64,000 nt of DNA, taken from Pocillopora damicornis (taxonomy: Eukaryota). The stretch's first letter is position 1, and the number at the start of each line of letters is the position of its first letter. The position numbers and the translations under genes were made by a program. Shown here piece by piece: positions 11,895 through 25,297 of the stretch. The notes beneath the pieces were generated by a model, which saw nothing but the letters and a program-made list of their open reading frames with translations, did not search any database and was not told the DNA's origin. The DNA lies in NCBI RefSeq assembly GCF_003704095.1, contig NW_020846470.1, forward strand, positions 248,001-312,000, in the 5' to 3' direction.

Positions 11895-13903
11895 GGCTTC
11901 TTCATTCGTCTTTCTTCAACGTTCCCTCTACTTCAAGATGTTTACCGATAAACAATGAAATATTCACCGAGTCTTAAACTTAGAGATAGCATATCATTGT
12001 TTTCACCTAGATTTAACAATGAAATTGAAAGTAGTGGTGGTAATTGATAAAGTACTTTATAATTGATAACAGCATGTCTGAGGAATGTTTTCGTGTCGAC
12101 GATGTTAATGTACGTAAATTCAAGCGCCTCGCTGTGTGAGAGATGATTCCTTGTAACTAAATATATTTCTGTCTATTCCGTTAACCTGTAAGTAATAAGA
12201 AGGTCGATAGTACGGAAAGAAAACTGTAGAAATGATGATGTATGAAGCACACTTAAGTTTTAAGAATTCAGCAGCCAATTATCCAAAATGCATGTCAGCC
12301 AGAAGTGCTAATAAGAGTTGATAATAGTTTTTAAATCTTCAACATCAACGAAACTGTACAAAGTAAATGGATGGAGGAGATTAAAAATTAACTAAGTACT
12401 CCATTGATAACTGTATCAGTCGGACCAATGGAAAAACCCCGTAATAAAATCCTACTTTATCTCGAAAATTCGCGAGGATAATGCAACAGATAGAGGAAAC
12501 AAATCCAACCTCCTCATCAATAAACAATTATAAAATAAAGAAGTAACTGCGATGAGTAAACACTTCATTGCCGCCTACATCAACACAACTGGAAGAAGAT
12601 AAAGTGTGATTTGAAACGGTCTTATGGATGATGGGAATAGCATGTTTCCAAAAGGTGTAATGTAGGGTGTTGATAAACTCATTTTTTTCTTACACCCCAT
12701 TCACACCATTAAAACATGTTTAATTAGAACACGTAGGTTTAACTGAATGAAAATCCGAAAATTTGAAATAGAAACTAAATTTTCCATAAGATGCAAGTGG
12801 TCATTAACTTTTATTTTCATTGCGCCAAATTTGAAGTCGAAAAACACCGATCAAAGCAGCTTTTAGAAAGAAAATATTTTTTTTAACAAAAAAGCTTTAA
12901 AACATGTGTAAGTTTTGGTGTGAATAGGGTATTAGTCTGAATATCGAATAGTTGGATATTCAGTAGTTAGTTAGGAAAAAAAGGGTGATATTTCTTAGTC
13001 AGTGGCTGGAATGTGAAGAAACAAAAGAAAAAACGGATGCTGATGAAAGACCTTAAGAAGCATAGCGAATTGTGAGAACTATTTCCTTTGCATGATGTTA
13101 ACTTGACAGAACCTGAAAGCAGGGCGAAATAAGAAATGGGGAACAAGACTATAGACGAAAAACTTAGTAAGAAAATAACGCGAAATTCAACTCAGAGAGA
13201 CCGTTTAAATAAAGGAATATGCAACCCAAACACGGCAGGGAACGTAAAATATCATCATCAACAACACAACAACATTGATTCATATGCAACAATTTTATTT
13301 CTGATCTTAGCAGTCATCTGATCATTACCGCAAGTCGTACTTAAATACAAAACTCCTTATTAATTTCAAACTAAGCAGAGGTTTTCTCACCAAAATTCAA
13401 GAAATTTACCTGCAGTTTGCTCCCACCTGTATGTCAGGTCCTTCATCTTCCCGAGGAGCAAACTAGGGGATACTAAGTTTTATCAACAAAACTGTCTTGG
13501 AAGTTTCAAAATTGAAGTAAAAATTTACAGCAAATCTGGGTTTAGTTAACTGTGTTGTTAACAACCCAGAAATGATCTCTCGAAACTACTAAGAGTTTAT
13601 AAACCATAAGGCTAGTGTGAGACCACAAGAAATATTGAAAAGAAAGACGCGTCTTCTATGTTTGTTACAGTTCGATATCCCTTAGCCCTTTTCCTAGTAT
13701 TGTTTACCAAATATATTGAATTCTTAGTTGTAACATGTCCCAACAAAACTGTAATCTACCGCGAAAATGTTTATTTGATATTTTCCCCATAAGAGTCCCA
13801 TTTTCTAACTTTATGAGTTATATGCAAACTTATACATGAGTTCTATATGTGATGAAGGTGCACTATTTACAAGCTTCATAGCTGTCAACACCCATCCATC
13901 TCA

Positions 13904-16900
13904 TTACTGGCCGCAACATTTCCATGTGCCCACCAGGCTCCACGCGTCACTTCCAGCAGTCATCGCATGAATTCCACGCCCGGATACTGGAAAACAAAAT
14001 AAAGGAAAAGCGTACACTTTTCAGGGGAGGGCATGCACAAGGAACAAGAGGCAACCAACCGAAACCGGATCAACAGGATCCACTGGGGACCGCTTATTAT
14101 TTATCATCTGAGGGGTTAGAGGATTGGGTTGTGTCACCTGATCCCACCTCACTGGCATTCAACTGGCAGTCAATTTGCTCAAGTCCCCCCTTAAACTCTG
14201 TTGGCGAAGACTGATCCCTCTTCCACTCCCTCTGAAAACCATGTGATCTTCCCCAAACTCCCCCTTCTCCCACACAACATAACAAATAATGACTGGCCCT
14301 TCTTGCATCAGTAATATAAAATTTTTTCTCAAACCACTCACCTCCCCAGGTAGTCCCAGTAGAGTCAGCGAGCGCTGTCAGGTCACTCGTGGGCATCTCA
14401 GACACAAGATTTTCTGGAAGAGCTTTCGCTTTAATCAGCTGGGATTCTGTCAGTGTCTTGTTAAAGTAACCGTCCGTGATCTGTCGCCAGGATTCACCCG
14501 AGTCACAACTGCGATGGAAGTTCATTCTTCGGTCCAAACCATATATTTCCTTCAAGGAGGGATTTGAAGCAGCTACACTGATAATGAAAGGCTGAACAGC
14601 TAAAAAAAAGATGCAGTTATAAGCTTGGAGCTGATTAATCTTTATACTAGACCACGTTCGGGTTGTATAGATGTGAGTCAGGTACAAAATGTTGAAGCTT
14701 CGAGAAAATCCCGTGAAAGGAGACAAGTTCAGATATTACTATTTTGAAGTGCTTTTCTTTATGAGATCCATTGCACCAGTAAAATCATCGGAAGAAACTA
14801 AACCAGGACTTCAAGCACCAACATAATCCTTCGCATGGCAAAATCGTCTTTCTATGTGCGTTACGCTTGAATCAATGATCGGTGGAAGGGTGTTGGGAGG
14901 CTAATTATAAACTTGAGGGGGGAGAAGGCACTAGAGTTATACTCAAATAGAACAGTCATGTTTACTTACCAATCCATTCCACACCATCTGTGGTTGAAAA
15001 GCAGCTGCTTTCAGCTCTAGGATAAATTTGTTGGATAAGTAAAATTTTCTGCTGTTTGAACGGTCAAGAACAAGACAGCAGACCGGTTCCGATTTTCAAG
15101 TTCAATTGCGTTTTGTGAGTCTCATATTGGTCAGTTGTTATAGGCGATATGAAACCCCAACTGAAAGGTTACTATCAAAAGCTCGAAAGAAATAACAAAA
15201 AAAATCTGCGGTATCGATACTCACGATTCACTTGTGTACATGCAGGCATAAAACCTGTCAGTGTCGGGATCCAACAGGAAGGACCGTCGAGCGTACAAAG
15301 AGACGCCTGAAGAGCAACAGCAAAAGGGTTTAGATTCAGTCTTAATTTGATACGGTGCCTGCACGAAAAACGATACTCTTCATTTGCACTTGTCAGGGAC
15401 AGGTCATTTATTGTCTGGGAGGGGAACCTCTTCGGAGGATTTGTTTGTGTTACAATAAATTTAACCTGATCCCCTCATAAGGCTCTGTAGTGTTCTAGTG
15501 AACCCCACCCTCTTCATGGGTAGTCCGCTTTCCACAGTCCNNNNNNNNNNNNNNNNNNNNNNNNNNNNNNNNNNNNNNNNNNNNNNNNNNNNNNNNNNNN
15601 NNNNNNNNNNNNNNNNNNNNNNNNNNNNNNNNNNNNNNNNNNNNNNNNNNNNNNNNNNNNNNNNNNNNNNNNNNNNNNNNNNNNNNNNNNNNNNNNNNNN
15701 NNNNNNNNNCGACGAATGCTACTTGACTCAACAGCATCACAACAAAACTGATCAACCGGTTTGCGTGAGCCAGACCGAAAAAATTAAACTTAAAATTAAC
15801 TCTTTGTTTCACATTGATGATGGCTTTTGCTCAGGTTATTGAATATTAGTCACAAGGTCACTGACAACATTCCTCTCCAGAAAATTGGACGATCGCTCAA
15901 ACTATACGATCGATTGTTTCTCACGACTTCGAAACATTTTTTGCAAATATTTTGATATCACAATTTCTAAATTTACTCTACTTACCAGCGTAAGGTGGAA
16001 GTTCTTCAGCGAAACATCCGTAAACTTCTGCTCTCATAGCCATATTCTTAGTGCCAGGGATGATTCGTAGGTAACGGGCCACGAACGGTTCGGCGAGCTT
16101 GGCAAGGACTGCGTAAACGGCCTCTTTACTGCTTTTTGGTCCATTTAAAGCCTTAATCACAATCAAAGATTTGACTTAAACTTTGATTTGTTTCTAGTCT
16201 CTTAAATTTCTAGCTCCCAGTTTTTTTTGCTATGTTTTTTATTCGCTTTACCGGGGAGACAAGAGCAATGGGGGGTGACAAGAACGGAAGAAGAGTGACT
16301 GTCTCTCCTTCTTCTACCATCTAACTTATCCTTTTTCCACACCTGATTTCAGAGAGGCCTTTCTTATTTGCGGATCCCTTTTGCTTTTTTGTGGTATAAT
16401 GAAGCTCTGCTAAGTAAAGAATTGAATTGATGAGAATTCACCCACAAAGTACGCTCGAATGACATTGAATATTCAACTCTTTTTCAATTATTCATTTAGA
16501 ATACTTTGATACGTTCTCGTGGTTCATCTAAAAACCACACCCATACCTGATTTGAGCAGTCAATGATCAAAATCGATTTGAGGCGACAGATACGCGTATG
16601 GCTTATATAGGGGAGAAGCCCTTCTCCAGGAAGCGCTAGGGTAAATGTAGTTCAGAAAAAAAAGAATTATTTAAATTAAATTGACCTGTGATAGCCTGTA
16701 GCGCTAATTTGCTCTCCTTGGCGAAACCTTCGTATTTCGGGCTGGGTCCATAAAAACATTATGTGTCAGACAAAGTAACTCTAGTGAAATTTTACATTGG
16801 ATTAAGACTCATGCCGATGTGTAGCTTCGCACCCATAGGCAGCAAATGTCTTATTCCCTTCATCCTCCGTTGTGTTGTCTAGTCATATGTGGGCCTCTTG

Positions 16901-19900
16901 GCTCCTAAGACACCCGTAACAAAAAAACAAGTTCTAATGCCACGAGATCTGGTAAACCCTTCAAACGCAATTTAAATTTCACTTACTTTAATCTTCCCTT
17001 TCTCATGATAATCCATCCACGTTATACCATCCAAACTGTATTGAAGTTGGTACGACGAAACATAAAAGAATGAGAGAGTTCCTCCCATTGTAGACATTCT
17101 CGTCACTCTGCGCAGCGAGCCGAAGTCTATCTGCAAGTAGTCAGGAGGCACTTGAGCGGCTCGTGCAGACCACCCATACGGGAAGTTACCCACGTCCTTG
17201 TGAAGACGGATGAACTCTGGCTTAGAAGGATTACTGGAAGGAAGGCTGTGAGTCAGGGCTGCGTCTGTAATTTCACCAGATTCAAGACCCAGCGGAGAGA
17301 TGCAGCTTGCTGGAGAAGAAGAAAGAAATGATCATCGACAGGTGACATATTTCTGAGCATAGATCTTCTGCTTATTTACACAATGTCGTGATAAGCATTG
17401 ATAAATGAGAGAAAGGAAGAATGTTAATTTTTCCTTGCTTCCGTCAAAAAGGCTTTATCGTCATAGGTGAGCATTTTCAGGCATGCGCGTTAGTTCGTAA
17501 CACCGCGCCGTGCGTTTCAGAACCCGGAAAGGAGCAAGTTTCGTCATGTTCTGTATTTTTTTTCTCCCTTTTTAGTTTTTTGTCAAATACGTATGTTTCT
17601 AGTTAAACACTCAATCAAGCCACACTGGTCTGCAGTATTCCGTTCTTATCTGCAAATTCTCACTGGCGCCAGAACAAAGATGTTGACAAGTATTGACACC
17701 TAACCTACGGGCGCAATTTGAACTAGAAGCCCGTTTAAGTAACTCAATTACAGATTATCTAACACTTTGAATTAACTGTACCACATTCGGGCAGAGCCTC
17801 CCTACACAAGCCATTAAGAATTACCCCGGATGACGATCAGTCCCAATCTCTCCTCTTTTCCTCTGCAATTCGAGCCAATTGGCCATCAAAATGTCTGATT
17901 TTGATTTTTAAAATAAACGATAATATATCGTACTCTATCAATCGTACCTGGAGAACCTGGAATGTCACAGCCATAAAACTCGAACCTGATGCAGATCAGC
18001 TCCTGAAAAGCCCACGGGCGAATTCGAATACTATTAGCCTCGATTGGGTGGCGGAGTTTATGGACGATCATTTCTCGGTCTTCCGCTCTTTGAGGGCCTT
18101 TGAAGATCTACATGAAGACAGTAAGGGTGTAATCGTTAGGTTTAAATGGCAGAACACCTTCTGGATCTCTTGATATACCTAAAGGACCGCTACAAAGCCG
18201 CTTCACGTGATCTCAATTAGATCTCGATTGTGCTAAAATGACCACAAGAAATAGAGAGAGCTTGAGGGGTTCTTTAGATTTCCGACGCCACTGACAGTAA
18301 AGTGACAGATTTTAAGGCGTTCTAGATGTAAGAAGAAAACCTAAGAACAATTGTAAGGAGATATACGTGGAGAGGCAAACTTTGTCCTTCATCATACAAA
18401 TTTCCGCAATTTCAATTTTTATAATTTTTGTTTTGACTAATTTGTTGTCAGACCTCTAGATCTCACTTTAAACGATCACGAAAACAGCCTATTAGCACAA
18501 AAGTCATCGATGAACAAAATGGTCTTAGAAAACATAATATATCAAATCGCGAAAACTCCAACCACTTGAACCCCAAAATGTATGCCCTACCTTAACTTGA
18601 CCGTTTTCAAGGTAATCATTCCACGTGTTGTCATCATCACTGAACTGCAGGAAGTATTCAGACACCCAGTGATCTTTGGTAATCCGCCGCATGGTTCCCA
18701 CGCGTGTCACTCGTGTCTTGAGTAGGAAGTCCACTTGAATAAACTGATCTTTATCCTCCTTGTCAGTGCACCAAGCGTCTTTGGCTGTAAATTGTAATCA
18801 CATTTAATACCAAGATAAACCCCCAAGAGAGACATGCATCACATTTCTCTTTACAGCATCACCACTGAATCGAGGTTGTAAGAAAAACGAAGTTAATAAA
18901 CATGAAGAAATAACGCGCGTCTGATTGGCGAGAGACATGCATCAAATTTTTCTTTACAGCATCACCACTGAATCAAGGTTGTAAGAAAAACGAAGTTTAT
19001 TTACATAAAGAAATAACGCGCGTCTGACCGGCTGAAAACGAGTGCATTCTTCATGTAACACGGATGCAAAGTTGTAACACGAGTGCAAATAACAAAAATC
19101 AGGCGCGGCTGCAAAAATTGGGGAAAACTGGAGACAAGAATGATACAACTAGAAGTTCCCTCAATACAGTGCTTAGACCATCTTCAGGCATGTGTCAAGT
19201 GTCATGTTATCGCAATGATGACCACATCTGCACATGCGTGGTGAGTATTCTTCCGCGCCACTGTCAATAAAAAAGTTTTTCTACTTACTCTCTCGCGCTC
19301 GCGATGGTTGAGATTCATCATAACTTGAGGAAGCTGTAATCTGATAGTCATTGATTCTTCCACTTTTCATTCCCAATGGCTGTGAACAGCCTAAAAAAAA
19401 ATAAACGTGAGTTGAGACGGAGTCGTTAATCGTGGCCGGACTGATTATAAAATAACGACAATAAGAAGAAAAGAAAAGAAGTATCACTTCGAAAAAACTG
19501 AGTTTTATGTGTGGTGCTATAAGCTTTCAAATAGCGCTTTGAAAAAAAGAAAAATATTTACCCGCTGTTATCTTTCTGGGAAGAATTTATCTCTCAAAAA
19601 ATGTCGATCAAAAGTTAGTTGCGCATGAGTCCGTAACTACTGAATGTAAAACTTACAATTAGCTTCCTGTAGTAAACACCCAAAAGAGACTGAGGAGCCT
19701 ATGTAAGCTGTTAGATGTAAAGGAGACTATAAGTTGACTCAACATGAAGTATTTGGCATGTCTTATCGCGCTGCGATAATGCACCGTACATACTGTCACG
19801 CATTCGACTCTGACTGTATCCTACTTATCGACCGGTCATTAATTCAGGGGGGGAAGGGTCGGAGGATAGCAAGGACTGATCCCTCCTCCGTTCACCCTGA

Positions 19901-22771
19901 AAACTACATAATCCCCCACAAAGTCCTGCACCCCCCTCCTGGTGACTGACTCTTACCTGACAGTTCGACGCCAAAGGTAACTTTACCGAGAGGGTGGTTG
20001 TGCACGTTCTTCTTGGTAACTACACCGTTATTCTCTTGATAGTCATCGTAGTAGAGAAGTTGAACTGGCGTCACAATGTCATAATATTTCGGCTTTAGGA
20101 TCATCTCTGGGTCAAACTGAACTTTGAAGGAGACTGTGGCTTTCAATCCCCAGCTAAGAGTGTCGATCTTAAAATAGGAGATGTAAGAGCAACCCATTAG
20201 ACTTAAATCAGACTAATTGCCATGGTGGGACACCAAAACTACAGCTCATGTACGCCGAGTTAAAAAAAATAATTCAATTATCGCATGAAAAAAATTGAAT
20301 GGCGTTCGATAGAAGCTTCAATTCTTTCTACCTGTGAAAAAGACCTTCAGATGGTGGAAGTTACTCGTATGATGTTTACAGTGGCAGATTGTGTCAGATA
20401 CTTTTCTAATTCCGTTGTCAAGAAAAGGGAATTTATAGAATAGAAACAAAATCTCAGTAAGAGGACCAAAAAAAAAAGCATTTCAAGCGGTTCTAACTGT
20501 AACGTTTTATCATTCATCTCGTCGAATACCTAAATTTTTCATTTGGCGACAAATTAACTTAAATTAACTGAACCTGTTTAATCCAAGAGATTATAAATTC
20601 CTGGTTTAATCTAAATGACTTCACTTAGATGTGTTACTATTGTCGACTCGGGCCTTTAGGTAGCTCGAACCCCACGCTAAGTTGGATCAAAAATTTTAGT
20701 TTTCCTTGGATTTCCCTTAAATATTTTCTGCAGTTTCTTCGATAGGGATTCGAGACCTCGATAACTGTCGAAAATCTCGCTAACGTGAAGTCCCTTTTTA
20801 CCTTTATGTCACTCTTTCTAATTACCACCGACTTTTCAATAAAGTACCTTTTAGGTCTTTAGTTTCCTTCGTTAGCAAAGTACCTCATGTTTCATACCTT
20901 TCTTCATAATGAACCTGAATAATACTTATTTTTTGATCAAGGAAAGTCCGATAGATAAAAGTTTTCTCTGTAGTTTTCAGTCATTTCAATGATTTCGTCC
21001 CATGCTGCGATAACTTGAACCTATAATGATTCACTTGACTGTTCGTTATTATATGCACAACAAAAAATAATTTGAACCTACCTACAAAAAACCTTCTGTA
21101 CAATGAATCCCTTCACACTTGACATTTACATTTGCACAAAAAAATAAATCCTCTAGAGGATTTGAAAGTGTGCTTCATTACCTTCAAGGTAACACTATTG
21201 TCTTTTTGTGTGACTTGCGGAGGATTTATACCAAGCGAAATGTCTACCAAATGACGGTACTTGATGTAAGGAGCTAGCATCCAGGTCACGTGAATACCTT
21301 TGGCGTCGGCTAATGAGTCGCCTGTGTGTTTAAGGGTGGTAACATATCCAAAATGGTGGCTATAGCAACAAAACGAATAATCATTGCATAAACAATTTCC
21401 TCTCTTATTCAGTTGACTATCTACATGGTCTGTGCATATGATGGGACAGAGAGATCATGAACAACTAATGGTCTCTTACACAAAGTTTATTTTCAGGTAA
21501 GTCATTCCCTAACCCTTCAAAAAACTACAAGTGGACGACAATCAAGCATTTATTTTCCTCTTCGAAAATTATCCATCAGTTTTTCTCTTTTTTTTCAATG
21601 TTTGTCAGACTTTCAATTTATTAGAAACGAAATGACGGAGTCAAACCAGTCAACGAAAAAAGTTATGTATGAAATACATTTCATCAAAAAAAGCCTCGCC
21701 GAGTTTTATTTCATTGCGGGAAAATAAGAGCAGGCTATGTTTCATTGGCAGCCAGCGTGAGAGCCGCCATACGGCAGACGTCCATCAAGAGGAAGTTATC
21801 GTCTAACGTCATAAGAGTACATATCGAATAGTCTTGATTAAATCCGACAAGAACTTACCCATGGTTCATTTCCTCCGTCACGTTCACAAAATCTGTCCTC
21901 ATGATTAAATCAGGACCTGCAGCTTGTGATGTGTGCACTGCAAAGAAAATGATAGAATATAACGCTCCAGTGTAGTTAAACTTCACTCTTTTTGCACTAC
22001 TTGTATTAAGTGACCCGATCAGTTTAACAGCAGAAAGTTTTTGTGATGAAGTGTGAACTAAAACTTATTAACGAAATTTTTGTCAGCAACCTCGTCACTC
22101 CTTTCCAAATGATTAAGATACGGACAAAAAGTTTCGGAAAAGAGTTTTGGATTTTACTGTTGCAATATTCGAGGAATTGCTTCAAGGAACGGGGCAAATT
22201 AAACTCCAGTGCGGAAAATGCGTCAGTGACGTGTTGGCTCGGTGTATAAGCAATTAATTAAGCTCAGCCGGCTTTAGAGCCCTATCATCTTCTCACGATA
22301 GATTTTGTTTTAGACATGGTTTCCATGGAACGTTTTTCTTAGCTTCATCAACCGTTTTTAGACAATGTTCAATCTTCGAATGACACGGAGATTTTCAAAA
22401 TAAATTGGCACGTTCTGTGATGAAAAGAGTGAATGCATAAGTTCGGCATTTCTTCAACCTGCAACGACGCAATGTGCGGAAGGTAACGTTCATTCATCCG
22501 GAAAAAGGCTTGCTCTTGATACCAAGTTACCTTGACACATCTGAAGTATCATCTCCTTTGATACAACCCTCAGTAAATTCACAGCCTTACTCAACAGTAA
22601 TATATTAGTTATAGGTAGATTTTCATTGAGTTTTCAGAGACTTTTCTAAAAGCTTCCTCGGTTTTGAACAAGTAGGACGAATTTTACCGGACAAGCAAAA
22701 TAAATCAACATCTTACCTTGAGCGCCTATTATCAAGCAGAATGCCAGTTGATACAATGATCTGGCAGACAT
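13904..22771 (-). CDS. Secreted double F5/8 type C (discoidin) domain protein, paralog B (13 exons, ~645 aa)
   Basis: Phase-consistent exons: 22717-22771, 21859-21937, 21182-21359, 19957-20167, 19289-19390, 18591-18784, 17948-18107, 16987-17309, 15986-16151, 15225-15306, 14970-15016, 14342-14599, 13904-13986 (1938 nt). Signal-like MSARSLYQLAFCLIIGAQVHTSQA. Motifs GCSQPLGMKSG..DAWCT..FIQVDF..IRFEFYGC and CISPLGLESG..YLQIDFG..MRAEVYGC. Ends WKCCGQ*. Exon sizes 211/102/82/47/83 are identical to paralog A. Confidence 0.88.
18828..19032 (+). repeat. Local ~104-bp tandem duplication in an intron of paralog B
   Basis: GAGACATGCATCA...GAAATAACGCGCGTCTGA occurs twice in tandem. Confidence 0.8.
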
Positions 22772-23734
22772 CTTCCTTTCCAATAACTTATCCTTGAAGA
22801 AAACTCTAAGATCCACAACGAATTAACTACTTTGACAAACTTTCGACAAGCGAAATGGATTCATTAAGAATTTATTTCACAAAAATGATATTTTGTTACT
22901 TTGAACCAAACAATTGAAAGTAAGCAGACCGCAAAAGTTTGAAAAGAAATAACAGTGATACGATTGGTTCAAAAGCTACGAAATGTGAAACTAATGAGAC
23001 CTCAAATAGTTTGCTTCATCTGTTTAATTGCGCGGTATTTTTCATTTTGCATATTTAAAAACCCTTAAAATGAGCCCAGTCTGACGTATCGATTTAATTG
23101 GGTAATTCTGTAAGACACTGAACAAAGAAAAACGCAGGTTTCTTAAAAATTAAGAGAATCGTTTTTCAGAGACGCTATTGTTTGTAAAAGTAGAGGTCGG
23201 AAAGGACTATTATTATACCTCATTTTTTCGCTCAATTATTTCTTGAGATAAACCCTAAACGTATGATAAATAGTCACTGCTCAACAGACTAAATTAAATC
23301 AATGAAATAATGACTGTATGAATCGCTGAAATGATCTTTATTCATATGAACCGCTTACTGAAGTGAATGTTATTCTCATCGAAACAGTTGAGGAACAAAT
23401 ATCTACTACCAATTCACCTAGATCTGTGATGGACATGAGTAAATTCCAGATGAATAAAGGATCAGAATGATATCGAAGATCCAAATAGAACTGGCAACGC
23501 ATCTTACGCAGGATATTTGAGCACTTCGGCGCGGGAAGCCTTCAAAACCATTGAAAAAAGGGAAAATAGTGATTCCAGAGCAGATAACGGATGAAGCTGT
23601 TGGGCATAGTTACAGCAGGTATCATCTAAGTGAAAGAAACACGACAAGTAAACGTTTACACCACCGTTTACAGAGGTTGAGGATGCGGACAATTACTCCT
23701 TCACTGCAAAGAAATTTAGCAGTTCAGTTATTGT

Positions 23735-24210
23735 CAAATGATGTAATTGAACTGAGTGGAGTGCAATTTGGGCTCAAATCTTACGCGTGATATGATATCA
23801 GACCAAAATTGCACGACGCGAGGTTCAATTACCACTTTATTACATCCATTTTGAAATCGCCCAAATACAGGACTTGGTCACTTCAAATATTTCATTGATG
23901 CAGTACTGAGCCGGTCTGAAATTAAATTCATCCATTTTTGGGGGGGGGGGGAAAAGTAAGAGCTTTGGAAACAAAAGTTGCATAATTTGCCACATGGTAC
24001 TCTTTATCTTTCATTTTCCTGCAATTTGATCGGTTACTTTAAACAAGCCTTGAAATCTGATTGGTTGTTTTGTTTTTCGTGTAGCCTCCTCATTGGCTGG
24101 GAAAAAGATGCGATTTAAAGCAAAAAATGGTGCGATTTGCGAATAAATCGCATTAATTAGAGCCAATCAGATTACAGGGACCACCAGTGATTTCAAAATG
24201 GTTGTACTTG
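23735..24210. repeat. Dispersed repeat family (probable non-autonomous DNA transposon)
   Basis: Shares segments with ~30950-31110 (GAGCCAATCAGATT..CACCAGTG..AAAATG), ~47930-48060 and ~32680-32780 (reverse). Confidence 0.55.
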
Positions 24211-24999
24211 AAGTAATATCACACCCACTCTCTTTTCTAGGCCGAGGCAAACCCATAAAGACACTGGGAGCTGTGATTGGGAAGCGATAGGTAACAGGTA
24301 TTTCGCGTTAACCTTCTACAAACATCCTTGCTAAGTTTTCTCTATCTTTTTAGCTTCTTCTTAAGTTTTATTGTATCTTTATCAATTATTATTATTAGGT
24401 TTTTGCATAGACCCCCTCAAAGTAGGGCTCCCTTTGTGACCTGACAAGGGTGTACTTTGGTCAATCACTAGTCCACCCTATTTTTGTAAGAACATGCGAC
24501 TAGTTTTAAAGCTTTATTGCTGAATTAGAGGACCGAATTGTGCTGCTTGCAAAACGCGTGGCGTGCTACCGCGCGTGTAACGCGTACAGCGTGACGAATT
24601 TGCTTCGACGGACGAAAAACACTGAGAACTAGTAATGGCGGCGAAGCTGTAGATACCCTGGTTAAATGATGGAATGAATTGCCTATCCTGAAACTAAAAC
24701 CGGAGCAAAAACGGAACCTTTAACCACACTTACCTTTCAGTAAAATTTGGGTTCCTATTTGAAATTATTTGAGGGGAAAAAATGACTTCACAGTGGCTGA
24801 AATATTCTGGAATGGAGACCGCGTGCGATTTGATATCAGATCAACTGTTAAAGGTCAGCTCTAGTAGTAAGCCCAAAACGACTGATTGACACGCAAATCA
24901 TGTCAAGTTATTTCTGGATCACGTCTTATTTTTATTTTATAAGCACAGTTCCTAGTATTTAAAGGTGTTGAGAGAAGGGGCTTTTTCTTACTCTTAATA

Positions 25000-25297
25000 C
25001 AGGGTTCGTTCGGGTCCTGGAAAATCTGGAAAGTCCTGAAATTTTATTTTGACATTTTCCTGGACTGGAAAGTCCTGGAAAAGACTACAGCGCTTAGAAA
25101 ATCCTGGAAATCTGCTTAAGTCTAGTAATAAACTTGTCAGAATTTACGTCACAAGAAATGTATGTAGACCGTAAGGAGAAATGATTTTGAAATCTTAGCA
25201 ATGAAAGGGTTTGAGGTGAAATTTGGAGTCCTGGAAAAATCAATCAAAGTCCTGGAAAAGTCCTTGAAATTGTTTCTGAAAAAGGGTACAAGCCCTG
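25000..25297. mobile_element. MITE with CAGGG termini and internal GTCCTGGAAAA repeats
   Basis: CAGGGTTCGT ... ACAAGCCCTG imperfect TIRs. Multiple (AG)TCCTGGAAA units near both ends. Confidence 0.7.

Noticed and set aside
13904-13918. C-terminal CCGQ/CCGN as a CaaX or CCXX prenylation signal
   Set aside because: Both proteins have signal peptides and extracellular disulfide-type domains, whereas prenylation is cytosolic.
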